Source: Octopus vulgaris (lineage: Eukaryota). From it: a stretch of DNA of 64,000 nucleotides. Shown in pieces: positions 63,211-64,000 of this stretch. The position numbers and the translations under genes are program-made. The number at the start of each line of letters is the position of its first letter. Position 1 is the first letter of the stretch. Location: positions 50,034,001 through 50,098,000 of the forward strand of contig OX597833.1 of assembly GCA_951406725.2 (NCBI GenBank), read 5' to 3'. The notes below the pieces were generated by a model that made no database searches, was not told the origin of the DNA, and saw nothing but the letters and a program-made list of their open reading frames with translations.

Positions 63211-63225
63211 TAATAATGATAATGT
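62728..63225. repeat. ~500-bp (AAT)n/(GAT) trinucleotide array
   Basis: Direct inspection; source of the poly-I/L/N pseudo-ORFs. Confidence 0.95.
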
Positions 63226-64000
63226 TAATGCAATACAATGCGAAAACGGGGTTCAGAAAGCTGAACTCCTTGGTCCATGTTTACGTTATATTACTCCTTA
63301 AAATTGTCAGAGAGTATATAGATCAACCGTTGTTTATATCAAAAGAGGCTTTATATCAAACAATGTTAATAACACGCCATTGTTTATGCCTATAGAATAT
63401 ACTGTGGAATACTTGTGGCAAATTCTAGCGGAATTCTAGACGAAATGCAGTCTGTGATATTATTGTATTGGATGGAGAGGAGTTCGCTTAAGGAATTTCA
63501 TGGTTCAAAACTTATAGGTAAAGCTTATAGCCTTGTTGTCATCGTCGTTGGTGTTTTTATTTTTTTATTTTTTGTTGTTGATATTGTTGCTATTGTGCTT
63601 GTTGAGGCTCGTATTGTTGTTGTTATGTTTTATCGGATTTGTGCGATGTAAGTTGGCGTGTTATAATATCGTCTTGGGAAATATCAACCAGTCTTCTAGT
63701 CTACAATCCTCTTTCCGCACTCCACCTTCTCTCTCTTTCTTCTCTTTCTCTCTCCCTCTCTCTCTCACACACTCACATATCCATACACAGAATTTTGCTT
63801 GTTCTATCTCACTCTTTCACTTTCTTTCCCAGTGTTTCACACAGTTACACACTTACACACATCCGGAAAAATCGGGGCACATACTGAGACAATGACACAC
63901 ACACACACACACACACATTCGTATATGAATTCTGTGTGTTTATAGCAAAAAAGCTGTACGAAATTGTAACGTATACGTGTGTTGTGTTACTTAGTGTAGC

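Noticed and set aside
62662-63395. Long ORFs of poly-I/L/N and the many YI/HT/CV-repeat ORFs across the window
   Set aside because: They are translations of microsatellites that happen to lack stop codons; no coding evidence

Overview
Eukaryotic, AT-rich, microsatellite-saturated non-coding DNA. The repeat content (several tRNA-headed SINE families, long (TA)n/(TACA)n/(GATA)n/(AAT)n tracts) looks like an octopus/cephalopod genome; this is an inference from repeat style. No host protein-coding exon could be supported, and most ORFs in the track are translated microsatellites or SINEs. The centrepiece is a young, nearly intact Penelope-like retroelement (Neptune-type; RT + Cys-linker + GIY-YIG; minus strand, 22641-27274). 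It has identical 114-bp terminal direct repeats, sits in (TA)n at both ends, has one -1 frame break, and carries a minimal hammerhead ribozyme (HHR) in its 3' pLTR. Several further HHR-like relics with non-canonical cores are scattered through the window, including one with a compensatory G3:C8 swap and one fused to a tRNA-derived head (a candidate Penelope-mobilised SINE). One SINE family forms head-less multimers with the same junction at four loci; one multimer is bounded by a single target-site duplication (TSD), which points to a multimeric or circular RNA template. The window also holds R4/Dong and RTE LINE fragments, a Tc1/mariner fragment, non-autonomous Helitrons, MITEs and unusually long direct repeats flanking insertions.
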